NCBI GenBank assembly: GCA_004376105.1
Contig: SOKA01000091.1
Span: 1 to 55,851, forward strand
Length of the DNA stretch: 55,851 nt
Direction: 5' to 3'
Origin: Dehalococcoidia bacterium
Lineage (GTDB): Bacteria; Chloroflexota; Dehalococcoidia; Dehalococcoidales; E44-bin46
Below are positions 27,902 to 36,857 of the stretch, one piece after another (within the stretch, counting starts at the first letter, position 1; every line of letters begins with the position of its first letter). The notes under the pieces were generated by a model. It saw only the letters and a list, made by a program, of their open reading frames with translations, searched no databases and had not been told where the DNA came from. The position numbers and the translations under genes are program-made.

Positions 27902-28731
27902 CATCAAAAGAAGTTTTAAAGAATCCTATCTTCCCAGCCCTTCAAAAAGTTGGACACAAGCCTGAGGATGAAATCTACACCTGGTCTCAGGGGCTGGGGT
28001 CTCATAACCAAAATCTTTTGAACGGTCTGAAAAGCAATGTTGAGGAACCATCGTTGAGGGAAGCGACCCTCAACGACCTGTGGAGCTTTTTCCACTCCGT
28101 CGGACTTGAAAAGGTTAATGAGGTCCTGGGAATAGAGGAAAAGCCCAATGTGGATAAAATCAACAAAACCCTGACCGATATCATGAATGATAAGGAACAT
28201 CCAGCTATCCTAGGAATGGGAGATTATACTGAAGAGGCTTTAGTCAACTGGGTAAAAGCCTTTGCCATTTATGATTTCGCTGCCTATACCTACCTAGAAA
28301 AGCATCTAGGTGCAAAAGACGCCTTGAAGATTTACATGGGTCTTTGGGAGAGCATTGCCCTTGCCCCCCTAGAGCAGCAGGCAAAAACCTTGGGGATAAA
28401 AGATGCATCCGGTATTGACATGGACACGATTGGAAAGCTGTCTCAGACCTACTGGGAATCCATTGCATCACCCTATCGTGTTACCCGGCATACTAAGGAT
28501 GTCCACGAGGCCGAGGTTTTGGTCTGCCCCTACTGGGAAAACATGAAGACTATCCTGGGTGAGGAGAAGGCCCGCTCCATGACCCTCAAGACTGAAGCTG
28601 TTGTCTCTGTCAACTATTACGACGCAATATTGAAGGCTCTCGGGGTTTTCGACAAATTCTCTTTTACCATGGATAAATTTGCCTGTTGTGGGGATGACTG
28701 TTGTAGAGTGAGGTTCGAGCGAAGAAAATAA
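27898..28731 (+). CDS. Hypothetical protein with Cys motifs (CPYW ... CCGDDCCRVRF)
   Basis: 277 aa, overlapping the upstream gene by 4 nt. It shares the CPY motif and a C-x-[VF]-x-F-x-R-[RK]-K C-terminus with the 31979-32569 product. It is reminiscent of ATC-hydrolase-like (PF14196-type) proteins; this is unverified. Confidence 0.5.
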   Translation: MTSKEVLKNPIFPALQKVGHKPEDEIYTWSQGLGSHNQNLLNGLKSNVEEPSLREATLNDLWSFFHSVGLEKVNEVLGIEEKPNVDKINKTLTDIMNDKEHPAILGMGDYTEEALVNWVKAFAIYDFAAYTYLEKHLGAKDALKIYMGLWESIALAPLEQQAKTLGIKDASGIDMDTIGKLSQTYWESIASPYRVTRHTKDVHEAEVLVCPYWENMKTILGEEKARSMTLKTEAVVSVNYYDAILKALGVFDKFSFTMDKFACCGDDCCRVRFERRK

Positions 28732-28756
28732 AGAATTTCATCAGAAGGAGGCAAAG

Positions 28757-29161
28757 ATGGAGTTGATTGAGGTTGCAAAAAGCTGGTTGAAAGCCATGAA
28801 TGAGCACGATATAGATAAGATGAGCTCTTTGTGCTGGAAAGATGCCGTGGGAGACGAGGTAGCAGAGCCCCCTCCTGCCGAGGGTAGCGAGCAAATCGCA
28901 ACCAGCTACCGAGAGTTATTCACCGCTTACCCAGATTGTGCCGCGGAGATTCTTAATATCTTCTCTGGTCAGAACCAGGTTCTAGCAGAGGTCCGATGGG
29001 CAGGAACCAACAAGGGTGACTTCCGCGGTACCCCCGCCACAGGGAAGTTTGTAGATATCAGGATCGCTTATATCTTCAAGGTCGATGAAAAGAAGATTAG
29101 TAGGATCACTGAATACTATGATGCTGCCACGCTTGCCAGACAGATAGGGCTTTCTCCGTGA
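28757..29161 (+). CDS. SnoaL-like / NTF2-fold protein, second copy
   Basis: 134 aa with WLKAMNEHDIDKMSSL...YRELFTAYPD...GTNKGDF.GTPATGK...I.. , the ester-cyclase-like pattern. Confidence 0.6.
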   Translation: MELIEVAKSWLKAMNEHDIDKMSSLCWKDAVGDEVAEPPPAEGSEQIATSYRELFTAYPDCAAEILNIFSGQNQVLAEVRWAGTNKGDFRGTPATGKFVDIRIAYIFKVDEKKISRITEYYDAATLARQIGLSP

Positions 29162-29191
29162 CTTTCTTAAGAAACTTGGTAAGGCTTTCAA

Positions 29192-30316
29192 GTGGGACAA
29201 GCAAGACAAAGTATTGAAAGGGCAACAAGAGCAATTATCGATCTTGGAGCGGTATCCTATAATGTTGCTGAGATACGGAAGAAGATAGGAAGCAAAAGAG
29301 GCCTGATGGCTGTGGTCAAGGCCGATGGCTATGGCCATGGTGCTGTAGAAGTTAGTAAGGCAGCCCTCAGAAGCGGGGCAGATTCTCTCGGGGTTGCCCT
29401 TCCGGAAGAGGGCCAACAGCTAAGAGAAGCAGGAATTGAGGTCCCCATCTTAGTTGTGGGGTTGATTCAGCCGGGGGAGGCCTATAAAGTGGTGAAGTTC
29501 CGTTTGGCTCAGACTGTTGCCTCTGTTGAACTCCTGGAGGCTTTGGATCACGAAGCCAGCAAGGCTTCTACCCGGGTTAGCGTGCATATCAAGCTGGACA
29601 CGGGGATGGGGCGGATTGGAGTAAAGCCTGACGACGCAGTCTCTTTCGCTTACAAGGTCAAGAGCTTTAAGAATCTAAATCTTGAAGGATTGTTTAGCCA
29701 CTTTTCTTCAGCAGGCGAGAGAGATAAGACTTTTTCAAAGCGGCAACTTCAACTTTTTGACCAGGTTATCGCTAACCTTCAGCTTGCTGGTATCGAGGTG
29801 CCCAAAAAGCATATGGCAAACAGCGCAGCGGTCCTAGATTTTCCTCAATCCTATTATGATATGGTGAGGCCAGGGATCATAATCTATGGTCTCTATCCCT
29901 CCACAGAGATTAGTCACAGTATTGAGTTAAAACCTGCCATGACCTTGAAAACTAAGGTCTTCCAGGTCAAGGTAGTTCCTCCCGCAACTCCTATCAGTTA
30001 TGGGAGAACATTCACCACCAAGGGAAGAACTACGGTAGCGACCCTTCCCGTGGGATATGCTGATGGTTATAGTCGGCTACTGTCCAATCGTGGGGAGGTG
30101 TTGATAAAAGGGCACCGAGCTCCGGTGATCGGTAACATCTGTATGGATATGTGTATGGTAGACGTTTCCAGCGTGGAAGATGTTCGACCAGGGGACGAAG
30201 TAATCCTGTTCGGCGAAGAACTATCTGTGGACGAGATCGCAGCCAAAATTGGCACTATCAACTACGAGATAGTTTGTGGTGTTAGCAAGAGAGTACCCCG
30301 AATCTACATCCAATAA
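29192..30316 (+). CDS. alr: Alanine racemase family PLP enzyme
   Basis: AVVKADGYGHGA (PLP lysine), PVGYADGY and NICMDMCMVD. GTG start. Confidence 0.85.
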   Translation: MGQARQSIERATRAIIDLGAVSYNVAEIRKKIGSKRGLMAVVKADGYGHGAVEVSKAALRSGADSLGVALPEEGQQLREAGIEVPILVVGLIQPGEAYKVVKFRLAQTVASVELLEALDHEASKASTRVSVHIKLDTGMGRIGVKPDDAVSFAYKVKSFKNLNLEGLFSHFSSAGERDKTFSKRQLQLFDQVIANLQLAGIEVPKKHMANSAAVLDFPQSYYDMVRPGIIIYGLYPSTEISHSIELKPAMTLKTKVFQVKVVPPATPISYGRTFTTKGRTTVATLPVGYADGYSRLLSNRGEVLIKGHRAPVIGNICMDMCMVDVSSVEDVRPGDEVILFGEELSVDEIAAKIGTINYEIVCGVSKRVPRIYIQ

Positions 30317-30335
30317 ACAAGAAAGGAGATAGGAG

Positions 30336-30809
30336 ATGGCGAAGGTTTTAATCATTTATCATTCAAGGACTGGAAATACGGAGGCAATGGCCGAGGCGGT
30401 GGAGGCAGGTGTCAAAAGAGAGGGCTTGGAGGTTATTAGGAAAAGGATCGAGGAGGCGAGTGTCGATGACCTCCTGAAGCCTGATGGCATTATCATCGGC
30501 TCTCCCACCTATTTTGCTGCTGCCGCAGCCGAAGTCAAAAAATTTATCGACGAGAGCATCAAACACTTTGGCAAGTTAGAGGGAAAGGTAGGTGCCGCCT
30601 TCTCATCGTCTGGTGACCTAGGAGGGGGCAGTGAGACAGCAATTCTGGATATCCTGCGGGCTTTCTTGGTTCATGGAATGATCATCCAGGGAGCTACATC
30701 AGGGGGTCACTATGGTCCGGTCTCTGTGGGTGCTCCCAACCAAGAACGGAAGGAAATATGTGAAGCATTGGGAGCAAGGGTTGCTAAGCTTGTTAAACGA
30801 CTGGCTTGA
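30336..30809 (+). CDS. Flavodoxin-like / WrbA-type FMN protein
   Basis: MAKVLIIYHSRTGNTEAMAEAV...IIIGSPTYF, a flavodoxin-like fold. Confidence 0.75.
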   Translation: MAKVLIIYHSRTGNTEAMAEAVEAGVKREGLEVIRKRIEEASVDDLLKPDGIIIGSPTYFAAAAAEVKKFIDESIKHFGKLEGKVGAAFSSSGDLGGGSETAILDILRAFLVHGMIIQGATSGGHYGPVSVGAPNQERKEICEALGARVAKLVKRLA

Positions 30810-30820
30810 GGGAGGTTTCA

Positions 30821-31927
30821 ATGATTGTTGGTATTCCAAAGGAGCTGAAGGTAGCTGAGAGGAGAGTGGCTATCACACCTGCGGGTGTTCAAGCATTGGT
30901 GGAACTAGGACATACGGTTCTGATCGAGGCTGGAGCTGGCCTGGGAAGCGGCCTTCAGGATAAGAGCTACGTTCAAGCGGGTGCTGAGATTCGGCCGTCT
31001 TCCGAGGTATGGAACAACTCAGAAATGATTCTTAAAGTAAAGGAACCTATCACGCCTGAGCTTGACCTGATGCATGAGGGGCAAATTGTCTTTACCTTCC
31101 TCCATCTGGCTACTGACAAAAATCTTACCCAAAAGCTGATGGAAAAGAGGGTTATTGGGATAGCCTACGAGACAATTCAGACGGACAAAGGCTTCCTACC
31201 ACTGCTTGCCCCTATGAGTGCTATTGCTGGGCGCCTCTCAATTCAGATGGGGGCATATTGCCTAGAAGCTAAAAGCGGAGGCATGGGAACCCTGCTGAGC
31301 GGAGTGCCTGGCGTGCAACCGGCTCACGTGGTAATCCTAGGAGGCGGCATTGTGGGGGTCAATGCCTGTTACATTGCAGCAGGGATCGGTGCCCAAGTCA
31401 GCGTCCTAGATATCAACCCGCAACGCCTGGCCTACATCGATAAGGTGACCAGTAGCAAAATCATCACACTGATGTCGAATCAAACCAATATTGAAGAAGA
31501 GGTCATGGGTGCGGATCTCGTCATTGGGGCTGTTCTCATTCCCGGAGCCCGCGCTCCTAAGCTGATCTCCAAGGAACTAGTCAGGAGGATGAAGCCGGGG
31601 GCAGCCATCGTTGATGTTGCAGTTGATCAAGGAGGATGTTGTGAGACCACACGCCCGACGACCCATGAGAACCCGACCTATGTGGAGGAGGACATTGTTC
31701 ACTACTGCGTAACCAACATGCCCGGAGCTGTTCCTCGTACCTCGACTTTTGCCCTGACCAATGCTACCCTACCATACGTGCTGGAGGTCGCCAACAAAGG
31801 CTATGAACGGGCTATCCAAGAGAATCCGGAGATAGCCAGGGGAATGAATGTAGTCAAGGGCAGTATATCGCACAAAGTGGTGGCTGAAAGTCTAGGGTTA
31901 AGCTATACGCCCATAGAGAGGAGGTGA
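30821..31927 (+). CDS. ald: Alanine dehydrogenase
   Basis: MIVGIPKELKVAERRVAITPAGV, VVILGGGIVG and the typical Ald length (368 aa from this ATG). The RBS is GAGGGAGG. Confidence 0.9.
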   Translation: MIVGIPKELKVAERRVAITPAGVQALVELGHTVLIEAGAGLGSGLQDKSYVQAGAEIRPSSEVWNNSEMILKVKEPITPELDLMHEGQIVFTFLHLATDKNLTQKLMEKRVIGIAYETIQTDKGFLPLLAPMSAIAGRLSIQMGAYCLEAKSGGMGTLLSGVPGVQPAHVVILGGGIVGVNACYIAAGIGAQVSVLDINPQRLAYIDKVTSSKIITLMSNQTNIEEEVMGADLVIGAVLIPGARAPKLISKELVRRMKPGAAIVDVAVDQGGCCETTRPTTHENPTYVEEDIVHYCVTNMPGAVPRTSTFALTNATLPYVLEVANKGYERAIQENPEIARGMNVVKGSISHKVVAESLGLSYTPIERR

Positions 31928-31978
31928 TACCGAGTTTAAAGGCAAATTTTCCTAAAAGAAGAAAAGGAAAGGAGAACT

Positions 31979-32569
31979 ATGGAAAAACCAATCAGGAACA
32001 ACGATATCATTGAAAATTACAAGGAGATGCAGAAAACCAACCCGAAATTGACCTTTGAGCATGGGTTGAGAGCCATACTGACCCTCTTCACACTGCATGA
32101 TTATTCCATGTTCACCGTGATGGAGCAAGAGGTCGGAACGGACCGAGCCGTAAATCTCTACGCTAAAATATGGGGACTAAGATCGGAACTGGAATGGCCA
32201 TCTCTATGCGCAGCGATTGGGAAAAAACCTGAGGACAAATTCACCATTGATGATGTGGCCAACATCATGGTCGCCGGCTTTGCCGACTTCGGCAACCCGA
32301 TGGAAGTGGTGGAGAAGACTGAAGACCGGGTTACCCTTCGGAATTACGATTGTCCCTACACGACGCAAGTGATCTGGAAACTTCTCTCACCAGAAAAGGC
32401 CTTCGCCTTTAATAATAAGATTCAGCTACAATGCAATCATGCGCTTTTTGAAACATACTTGAAGTTGGCCAGGCTCGACGACCAGTGGACTTTCAATTTC
32501 CCCTCCCAGCTGTGTTTGACTAATCAGTACTGTGAATTCACATTCATCAGGAAAAAGCTCAGCAAGTAG
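31979..32569 (+). CDS. Hypothetical protein, shorter paralog-like relative of the 27898-28731 product
   Basis: 196 aa with NYDCPYTTQV and the C-terminus QYCEFTFIRKK, the same motif arrangement as the 277-aa protein. Confidence 0.5.
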   Translation: MEKPIRNNDIIENYKEMQKTNPKLTFEHGLRAILTLFTLHDYSMFTVMEQEVGTDRAVNLYAKIWGLRSELEWPSLCAAIGKKPEDKFTIDDVANIMVAGFADFGNPMEVVEKTEDRVTLRNYDCPYTTQVIWKLLSPEKAFAFNNKIQLQCNHALFETYLKLARLDDQWTFNFPSQLCLTNQYCEFTFIRKKLSK

Positions 32570-32732
32570 CACCAAGAGCTAGCTAGAGGTAACGGCGGTT
32601 TGATTTAGGCAAAAATAATTGCTGGTTTCGTAGAAGGCGGGCTCTGCCAGCCTAGCTGAATCGGCACGTGGCATCCCGCCTCCAGTTATAGGCACGGCTG
32701 GAATCGCTGGATAAATTGGGAAAGGAGGGAAA

Positions 32733-34694
32733 GTGGCAAGCATACTGACCTTTAACGCCCCCCCTGAATATTATAAACTCTGGGAATCTTCAATAGAGGA
32801 CCCGGAAGGTTTTTGGGGGGAAATGGCAGAGAAGTCTATCAGTGATATTTATTGGTTTAAGAAATGGGATAGGGTTTTTGAAAGAAGACTCCCCGGCTTT
32901 AAATGGTTCGTCGGTGGAAAGACGAATACCGGATATAATTGCGTAGATTACAAGCTACCAAGGTATAAGGATAAAGCTGCTTATATTCAGGAAGTACCAG
33001 AACTCGGAATTTCACGAACGATAACTTATGGTGAACTGTTCGACGCTGTCAAAAGGCATACCGCAGCGCTCAGAAATCTGGGGGTCGAGAAAGGTGATCG
33101 GGTGCTTTTTTACATACCAAACAGTTTAGAGGCCGTGACTATGCTACAAGCGTGTGCCAGGATAGGCGTAATATCTACATGCGTATTTGCCGGCTTCTCG
33201 CCGGGGGCGTTAGCTAACCGGATAGAATTAACAAAGCCAAAAGCGATATTCACCCAGGATTTCACCCTCAGAAGAGGTAGGAAGGTACAGCTTAAAGAAG
33301 CTGTTGATGAGGCTATTAAGCTCTGCTCTCAAGAAGTAGCCGAAGCGGTGAAATTTATAATTATCAATCCAATAGAGGGAAGGGAGATTTCTCTAACTAG
33401 TAATAGGGATATTTCCCTAGCAGAATTTGAAAAAGGAGGGAAAGGGGGGAATAAAGGATATGCTGTGCTCGAAGCAAATGAACCACTACTCATAATGTGC
33501 ACCTCAGGAACCACAGCTAAGCCGAAACCTGTAGTCCACGTTCACGGGGGCTTTGAAATTTGGACTTACTGGACTGCTAAGTGGATATACGGCATCAAGC
33601 CTGAAGATGTGATCTTTAATACAAGTGATATAGGTTGGATTGTTGGCCAATCCTACCTTGTTTTTGCACCCTTGCTTGCTGGATGTAGTGTTATACTTTA
33701 CGAGGGAGCTCCTAATTTTCCTCAACCAGATATGTGGTGGGAAATTATAGAAAAGCACAAAGCTACAATGCTTTGGACCGCGCCAACCGGCGCCAGAGCT
33801 CTGCGTGGTCTTGGCGTGGAACAAGCTGAAAAGCATGATTTAAGTTCTCTTGAGAGGATAGTTGTTGCGGGAGAAGTTCTAAATCCAGAGGTTTGGTCTT
33901 GGTTATATAATGAGGTATTTAAAGGTAAGGTGCCTGTTTTTGACCACATGTGGCAGACCGAGGTTCCGGGTTCAATGTTTGGCTATTCCTACGGAGTTAA
34001 AATGCCAGAGGTTAGACCAGGCTCGGCTGGATTCCCTCTTCCAGGAATACTTCCGGAAATAGTGGATGAGCGTGAAGGAAAGCCTTGTAGCGTTAATGAG
34101 AAGGGTATTCTCTTACTCAAGGAACCTGTTCCTGGTATGACTCAGACTTTGTGGGAAGACCCTGAGTGGTATCGTAAAGAATATTGGGACGCACAGCCCA
34201 TTACTACAGGTCGATACTTCACAGGAGACTCCGCTTATATGGATGAGGACGGCTATATTTGGTTCTGTGGAAGATCTGATGAAGTTATGAAGATTGCAGC
34301 CCATAGAATAGGACCGGCAGAGGTGGAGAGTGCGCTTGTTTCGCATCCTGCAGTTAATGAAGCGGCTGTCTGCGGGGTGCCCGATGAACTTAGAGGCCAA
34401 GTTGCAGCAGCTTTCGTTGTTCTTAAGCCAGGGGTTCGACCATCGGATGGGCTAAAGAAGGAAATAATGGAACACGTTAGAAAGGTCATGGGACCTATTG
34501 TAGTATTTCAGGGCATAGAGTTTGTAAATCTACTTCCTAAAACGAGAAGTGGGAAGATTATGAGAAGGGTGATGAGAAAATTGTGGGCGGGTGAGGAGTT
34601 GGAAGACCTTTCCACAATAGAAACCGAGGCTTCCGTCGATGAAATCAAAGAAGCAGTTTCTAAGCTTATCGTGTCTAAACAGCCTCAGCTGTAA
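32733..34694 (+). CDS. AMP-forming acyl-CoA synthetase (acetyl-/short-chain acyl-CoA synthetase family)
   Basis: 653 aa. ACS-type N-terminus (DPEGFWGEMA..WFVGGKTNTGYNCVD), AMP motif TSGTTAKPKP, YFTGD, and SGKIMRR at the C-terminus. Confidence 0.85.
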   Translation: MASILTFNAPPEYYKLWESSIEDPEGFWGEMAEKSISDIYWFKKWDRVFERRLPGFKWFVGGKTNTGYNCVDYKLPRYKDKAAYIQEVPELGISRTITYGELFDAVKRHTAALRNLGVEKGDRVLFYIPNSLEAVTMLQACARIGVISTCVFAGFSPGALANRIELTKPKAIFTQDFTLRRGRKVQLKEAVDEAIKLCSQEVAEAVKFIIINPIEGREISLTSNRDISLAEFEKGGKGGNKGYAVLEANEPLLIMCTSGTTAKPKPVVHVHGGFEIWTYWTAKWIYGIKPEDVIFNTSDIGWIVGQSYLVFAPLLAGCSVILYEGAPNFPQPDMWWEIIEKHKATMLWTAPTGARALRGLGVEQAEKHDLSSLERIVVAGEVLNPEVWSWLYNEVFKGKVPVFDHMWQTEVPGSMFGYSYGVKMPEVRPGSAGFPLPGILPEIVDEREGKPCSVNEKGILLLKEPVPGMTQTLWEDPEWYRKEYWDAQPITTGRYFTGDSAYMDEDGYIWFCGRSDEVMKIAAHRIGPAEVESALVSHPAVNEAAVCGVPDELRGQVAAAFVVLKPGVRPSDGLKKEIMEHVRKVMGPIVVFQGIEFVNLLPKTRSGKIMRRVMRKLWAGEELEDLSTIETEASVDEIKEAVSKLIVSKQPQL

Positions 34695-34712
34695 TCGGGC
34701 GAGTGCATCCCG

Positions 34713-35015
34713 CCTTAACGCCTTGTAGTATGGCCAGGCTGTGGACGGTTTGGACTTGGTGAATCTGTGACTACCGTTACCTGCCGTGTACTTAAAGCTT
34801 CTTGAGCCAACCCAAGATGAAAACTGTCTGATTCGCTTGGCATCTAAGAGGTCGATTCGCTCAGGCCAGCCTTGACTGTTGGCGTAGTCTATGAAGTGCC
34901 AGAGAAGCTTATGGTAGTACTGATGCGTGCCAAGTGCACGCCCTTCAGCTTGGAGAGAAAACAGGAATCCCTCCACCAAATCTTGTAGCCCGATTGTCTT
35001 CTTTCGTTGTTTCAC
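34713..35015 (-). pseudogene. Truncated tyrosine recombinase (phage-integrase N-terminal SAM-like domain only)
   Basis: LVEGFLFSLQAEGRALGTHQYYHKLLWHFIDYANSQGW..DAKRIRQF...YYKALR is the integrase core-binding domain. No catalytic domain follows. The ORF track frame then runs by chance into the 3' end of the synthetase gene. Confidence 0.6.
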
Positions 35016-35126
35016 CTTTCATTGCGGTCGGCCCATAATTCTTATTTTGTTTACTCAGCTGGTTACTTCCAGATTTGCCCCAGCTTTGAGACTTCGACTG
35101 AGTCAGTTGCTTGCCCAGCTTTGAAG

Positions 35127-35199
35127 TGAGCCGCACAGGACTCGAACCTGTAACCGGCTGATTAAGAGTCAGCTGCTCTTCCAATTGAGCTAGCGGCCC
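35127..35199 (-). tRNA. tRNA-Lys (anticodon CTT)
   Basis: The minus strand folds as GGGCCGC-TA-GCTC-AATTGGA-AGAGC-A-GCTGA-CTCTTAA-TCAGC-CGGTT-ACAGG-TTCGAGT-CCTGT-GCGGCTC-A. Confidence 0.9.
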
Positions 35200-35257
35200 A
35201 ATGTACTATTAAGTCTAGCAAACCTTAAGCCGTCACGCAACCCACACAGTGAGCACT

Positions 35258-36487
35258 CTATTTAATACTCTCTATTAAGTCCTGACGGCTGGTCATCGCA
35301 GCAACTTTATCTAGGAAATCCTTCAATGAGGCGCTTTGACTTCTTAGCTTCTTTAACTCAAGCCCGAGGGGGCTAATAGAGGTTGGACTATCAGCATAGG
35401 TGCCATAAAAGGCAAAATAGGCTTGATTCAGTTTTCTAATATAATAGCCCTTTGAGGCTAAATACTGCCTTTTCTGTTCCATAAATTCCTCAGCCTGCTC
35501 AATTTCTCCCTGAGCAAGGTATTTGTCAACAGCTCTTCTTATGTCTCTCATCTCTCGGTTAAAGTCAAATTCTGAGTCTACTATCTGAGTTTGATTGTCA
35601 CCATTTTCATATTGGGAGTAATATCTTTCGACTACGATAGTGCCAATTTCCTTGCTAACCATACTGACTAGGGTTTCATTTATGGTGGCAATTTCATAAT
35701 TTCTGGACACGCCAGTTGAATCTAGCAAGTATAGAAAACCCAACGGCTTGAAAACCAGATATTGATGCAACCATTCCTCAGTCGCCATATCAATGGTAAA
35801 CCGGAGGCCAGCGCCATCAGTGACAAAGCTAGGATAGGTTGCACCAAAGCCACCAAGCTCCACCACCAGTGAAGAGACACCTAATTTGTCGACCTTGGCT
35901 TCAATATCCTCTATTTCCTTTAGGCTAATGCTCTGCTGTAAGGTAATCCGCCTTGTGCTTTCTATCCTGTCCCTAGGTGAAATCACAAGTAGATAGGGTG
36001 GTTTCTCTAGTTTGAAATTTAGTGGTGGAAAATTAATTTTTAACCTTATATATCTATCTATTGGATTGAAGATGCCCTGTTGCGCCAGGGTTTTCTTTAT
36101 CTGCTTCTCCATTATCCTCTCCACTGTATTCTTTAAAGCCATTTTTTGTTCCTGTAACATATTTAATTCGGCTTCGAGTAAAGTTAAGTCACCTTGCTCA
36201 TTGCCGGCATTGATTGCTTCAATCTCTGACTTCAAGGTTTTTATCCCCTCGATGGCGGAAAAATACTCTGTAACCATATGGACTTCATCATCAATCTTTT
36301 TATAGCTACCGAAAATCCATTGATTTACTTCATGGGGAATAGCCCTGGACTCCCATTTCATAACACTGAATCGGTATGACCTCACTACTGAGCTTAGATG
36401 GGTATCGAAATCCCGTGTAAAGGCACAACCTCCACCGAGCAAACAAATCAATAATAAGCTTGCAGTAGCAATCAATCTTATTTTCAA
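35258..36487 (-). CDS. Hypothetical lipoprotein (409 aa)
   Basis: Signal peptide plus lipobox LLGGGCAF and a coiled-coil-rich N-terminal third. I recognise no catalytic motif. Confidence 0.6.
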   Translation of the reverse strand: MKIRLIATASLLLICLLGGGCAFTRDFDTHLSSVVRSYRFSVMKWESRAIPHEVNQWIFGSYKKIDDEVHMVTEYFSAIEGIKTLKSEIEAINAGNEQGDLTLLEAELNMLQEQKMALKNTVERIMEKQIKKTLAQQGIFNPIDRYIRLKINFPPLNFKLEKPPYLLVISPRDRIESTRRITLQQSISLKEIEDIEAKVDKLGVSSLVVELGGFGATYPSFVTDGAGLRFTIDMATEEWLHQYLVFKPLGFLYLLDSTGVSRNYEIATINETLVSMVSKEIGTIVVERYYSQYENGDNQTQIVDSEFDFNREMRDIRRAVDKYLAQGEIEQAEEFMEQKRQYLASKGYYIRKLNQAYFAFYGTYADSPTSISPLGLELKKLRSQSASLKDFLDKVAAMTSRQDLIESIK

Positions 36488-36795
36488 TTTAATTCCTTAA
36501 AACATTCCCCGACTGCGAAAATCAGGAATACCTAATTTTGTGTTAATCCCAGCGCATTTGGTTATCAAAAACTTGGTGATATTAATTTCAGTACTATAAT
36601 AATGCTCTCTATATGATAATCCTATTGTGATGAGATGTTAAGTATTAGATAGACTGGTCTTAACAAGAACAATGCCTTAACCTTTACATGCTGCAGTGCC
36701 ATCTCGTTAAGATTTCTTGGAGAATCAAGGTGCCAAGACTTAGGTCAACCGACATTCGTTTTAACCATTTCTAAGCAGAAAACCTTGATATTGTC

Positions 36796-36824
36796 TTGAA
36801 GATTTGCCTTTATGAGAATATAAT
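36796..36824 (+). promoter_or_regulatory. Putative promoter of the MscS-family gene
   Basis: TTGAAG (36796-36801), 17-nt spacer, TATAAT (36819-36824). Confidence 0.5.
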
Positions 36825-36857
36825 GCAGCTAGTACAAAAGCTTCGGAGGAATGGGAA

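Noticed and set aside
34530-34712. C-terminal 60 residues of the 161-aa ORF that begins as an integrase
   Set aside because: Integrase similarity ends near residue 100. The rest is a chance open frame antisense to the 3' end of the acyl-CoA synthetase gene. Only 34713-35015 is called as a pseudogene.
34945-35184. 79-aa minus-strand ORF and 34927-35124 plus-strand ORF
   Set aside because: They run through tRNA-Lys(CTT) and the integrase/tRNA spacer, so they are not coding.
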